A DNA stretch of 63,406 bases, the filler included, from Octopus bimaculoides (taxonomy: Eukaryota): the NCBI RefSeq assembly GCF_001194135.2. It is 4 parts of 3 records of this genome, joined end to end, with 100 filler letters (N's around TTAATTAATTAA, not from the genome) between each part and the next. Parts side by side here need not be neighbours in the genome. Positions count along the whole stretch, not along the records: positions 57,638 to 63,406 come from NC_068991.1; 3 more parts are not named here. The stretch is one strand, 5' to 3'. Below are positions 60,511-63,406 of this stretch, in pieces; positions within the stretch are counted from its first letter, which is position 1; each line of letters opens with the position of its first letter. Under the pieces are notes generated by a model. That model did not search any database and was not told where the DNA came from. It worked only from the letters and a program-made list of their open reading frames with translations. The position numbers and the translations under genes were made by a program.

Positions 60511-63213
60511 GCATTTATTATTATTATTATATAATAATGAGAAACAGGATGTTTTCAGCAAGTTGGAGTAATCATACATAGGAATACACTTTCCGTAGGT
60601 TTTTTCTTGCACTCATAGGTTAATGTTTTACGTCGAAATAGAGCTTGGCAGTTTACGAAAAGTTAAAGTAGTATTAATAAATAAACCGGGAAGTAGGATT
60701 AAGAGAATTTGTTACATGTAGATGCTGGGATCTACATGTATGGATGATTTGGTTATCAGAGAAATCTTTTCTGGATGAAGTTTAATCAATTAAATGAATT
60801 CTGCTGTTTTTAATTGTATTAGTCACTGTATATTGAAGAATATGAAGCGATCAATGTTTTCAAAAGACATGTGTCTATTAAGTTTTAAAATCTATTTACT
60901 TAGAATAGGAACACCATGCTGAAGTGTAGTTTTGACTACACTTAAAATTTATTATACCGATTGTTTTATGTATAAAACAAACGAATTATCATAATGTTAA
61001 CACATGTGCGTGGCGTATGTGTGTTAGTGTGTGTGCGCGTGTGGGTGTATGTGTGTCCGTGTGTACGTATGTGTGTGCGTGTGTACGTGTGTGCGTGTGT
61101 ACGTGTGTGCGTGTGTGTGTTTGTGTGTGTGTCTGATCCGTGCGACTTGCGTATGTGTCTCAGTTCACATTATCTGGCATGGTATGTTAGAAATGAATCT
61201 ATCACTACGAGCACACATTATTTTCTCTTGTTTCACAATGTAAGTCTGTGTTACTCCAGTAAAAATCTTAAAATACAGCTGCATTATATTCTGCCATCAC
61301 TTAACAGGTACAGTGAATGTTTTGCGACTTAAATAATAGAGGTAAATTAAATGTCCCATGTTTGCCTGATATTGAAACAAGTTGTAATGCATGTACCACT
61401 TACGTTTGTGAATTGTATCTGGTAGACAAATAAGTAATCATGCAGATATGAATAGTTCACCATCGTTATGATTTCAATGCTTATGTGACTCCTGGTAAAG
61501 ACACTAAATTGCATCCTGTGGTCGGTTTTTGATGTGGGTGTTCTAGGGTTTTGAGGAGCCACCTCTTAGCCGCTATTGTTCCCAGGTCTATTCTGACCCG
61601 GAGTAGCAGCACCTGTTCGGGTTCCAACTATGGAGTAATTAATATGTGTACCATCCGCTTCAAACTCAGAGTACGTCTGCTGTAATAATTAGCGGTGACT
61701 TGGTAAGCCAATGGACAACAAGGTGCAGTGCTATAAATCACACTATCCAAAAGTGTGTATGCATGTGACTTGGGACCACGTGTAAAGTTGTATTTCCATT
61801 AAAACTCCTAACAAGAAATACGAATGACGACTGCTGCTACGTCATCCGTGGAATACGAACGCTTTTGGGGCATTTATCAAATTTGTAAGCTGGGTTTCTA
61901 GACCGTAGGCATAATCATTTTGTTTTGCCTGCTAGAACGTCAAGGCTGGCCGTCGGATCTGGTCAGCACTCGTGAGGGACGTGAATTAATTGGTCGGAGC
62001 CGGCTTAATCCATTCCAGGATTAACGCCGCCGTCAGTACAAGTAAGTACCTATAGTTTAAGAATGCAGTATATAATACATATTTTGGGAATATACCGCAT
62101 TATGTATTCATATATGTTCTTATATTCGAACATTCTCGAGACCTCTAAAATGAGAATAATACTGAAATACACGATTTGCATCTTATGATTCGAAAAACCT
62201 ATTCTGTAATGAATATAAAAGGAATTAATATAACACAAACAAAAAAGAAAAAATATAAAATATAACCCTAATATTACTACTTATATTTCTGAAAAGCAGC
62301 ATCATGCATAACACTACAAAGTACCCCCGAAAAGTTATTTAGTTTATACGTTTTTTGGAATTAAAGTTTTGTTTTTGTGGTATGGTTGCATTTAGTATTA
62401 AATGCGTGGCGTACAAGAAACATTGCTTCGCATGGTGGAGTGTTAAATTTAACTTAACAAATTGGAAGTTGTCTGAAGCACATATCACTACATATGTACA
62501 ATTAATATTTATTTTAATGTACATTTACTATCAAAAGCAACAACAAAATTTATATTTATCGAATAGATATTTAACCGTTAGAGTCTCTCATGAATTCATT
62601 TCTTAATATTGCAGATAAATGTTTTCCAAAATGTTTTAGCTATATAATTTTTGTTATATTTCCAATTAGATGTATTGCTTTAACAATGAGTAAAATGTAT
62701 TGCAAATTTCAAAATGCTTCCTTACATTAGTTTATTATTTAAGCATATCATCTGGTATCACTACTTCTAATTTAATATCCGTTTGTGTTGATTTCCGTAT
62801 GATTTAGGTAACATTCTCCGTTTCGCTTATAATGATTTTGCTATAGATATGTCTACATTATTAGATGCGTCACTGTATAACTTAAATATTAAATTTAGTG
62901 TATTAAACAGTAGTTAATCACGAGCAGCCTGACTAGCTACATTTTGTATAAACTAAAAAGGTATAAACATGCATACATATACACACACATGCGCACACGC
63001 ATACACACGCACGCATACACATACACAAACACACACACACACACACGAACACACAGAGAAACACATATATTATAAAGGCAATCTTTATATCCAACTAAAC
63101 AGGGATGCCTTGTTAGAACAACGCTAATAATACAGTATTCTGTGTTCCAACTAGACATCCATGTTTAGTTGGATAAATAGATAACATTTTCGTATTAATA
63201 ATGCTTCCGTCGC

Positions 63214-63216
<3 letters not shown>

Positions 63217-63312
<96 letters not shown>

Positions 63313-63326
63313 TAATAATAATAATA

Positions 63327-63383
<57 letters not shown>
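63217..63383. repeat. Long (AAT)n microsatellite
   Basis: About 55 near-perfect units. Confidence 0.95.
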
Positions 63384-63386
<3 letters not shown>

Positions 63387-63406
63387 CATCGGAAATAAAG
63401 ACATCG

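Noticed and set aside
63195-63404. Poly-Ile and poly-Tyr ORFs
   Set aside because: They are translations of the (AAT)n microsatellite.

Overview
AT-rich, microsatellite-saturated, gapped animal DNA with no host protein-coding gene that I can support. The SINE families and repeat landscape look like an octopus (coleoid cephalopod) draft scaffold; this is inference from recalled repeat families. Almost all recognisable sequence is transposon-derived: four tRNA-derived SINE families in many copies, decayed CR1/L2-type and R4/Dong-type LINEs, Penelope-like (PLE) terminal repeats, a full-length but broken DD41D (rosa/Visitor-type) Tc1/mariner, mariner remnants, a frameshifted hAT transposase, several MITEs (piggyBac-type, Tigger-type, fold-back) and a Helentron-associated (HINE/DINE-1-like) element. 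Most long ORFs in the supplied track are artefacts of microsatellites and N gaps. The three most interesting observations are: (1) hammerhead-ribozyme-like cores of two architectures inside PLE-type repeats, including a tandem pair about 565 bp apart (retrozyme-like) and a long-stem-II variant in two diverged inverted-repeat elements; (2) a palindromic MITE family carrying a (AACCCT)4(AGGGTT)5 telomere-repeat palindrome in its interior; (3) many closely spaced inverted repeats that could form dsRNA. All folds and alignments were done by eye; no searches were run.
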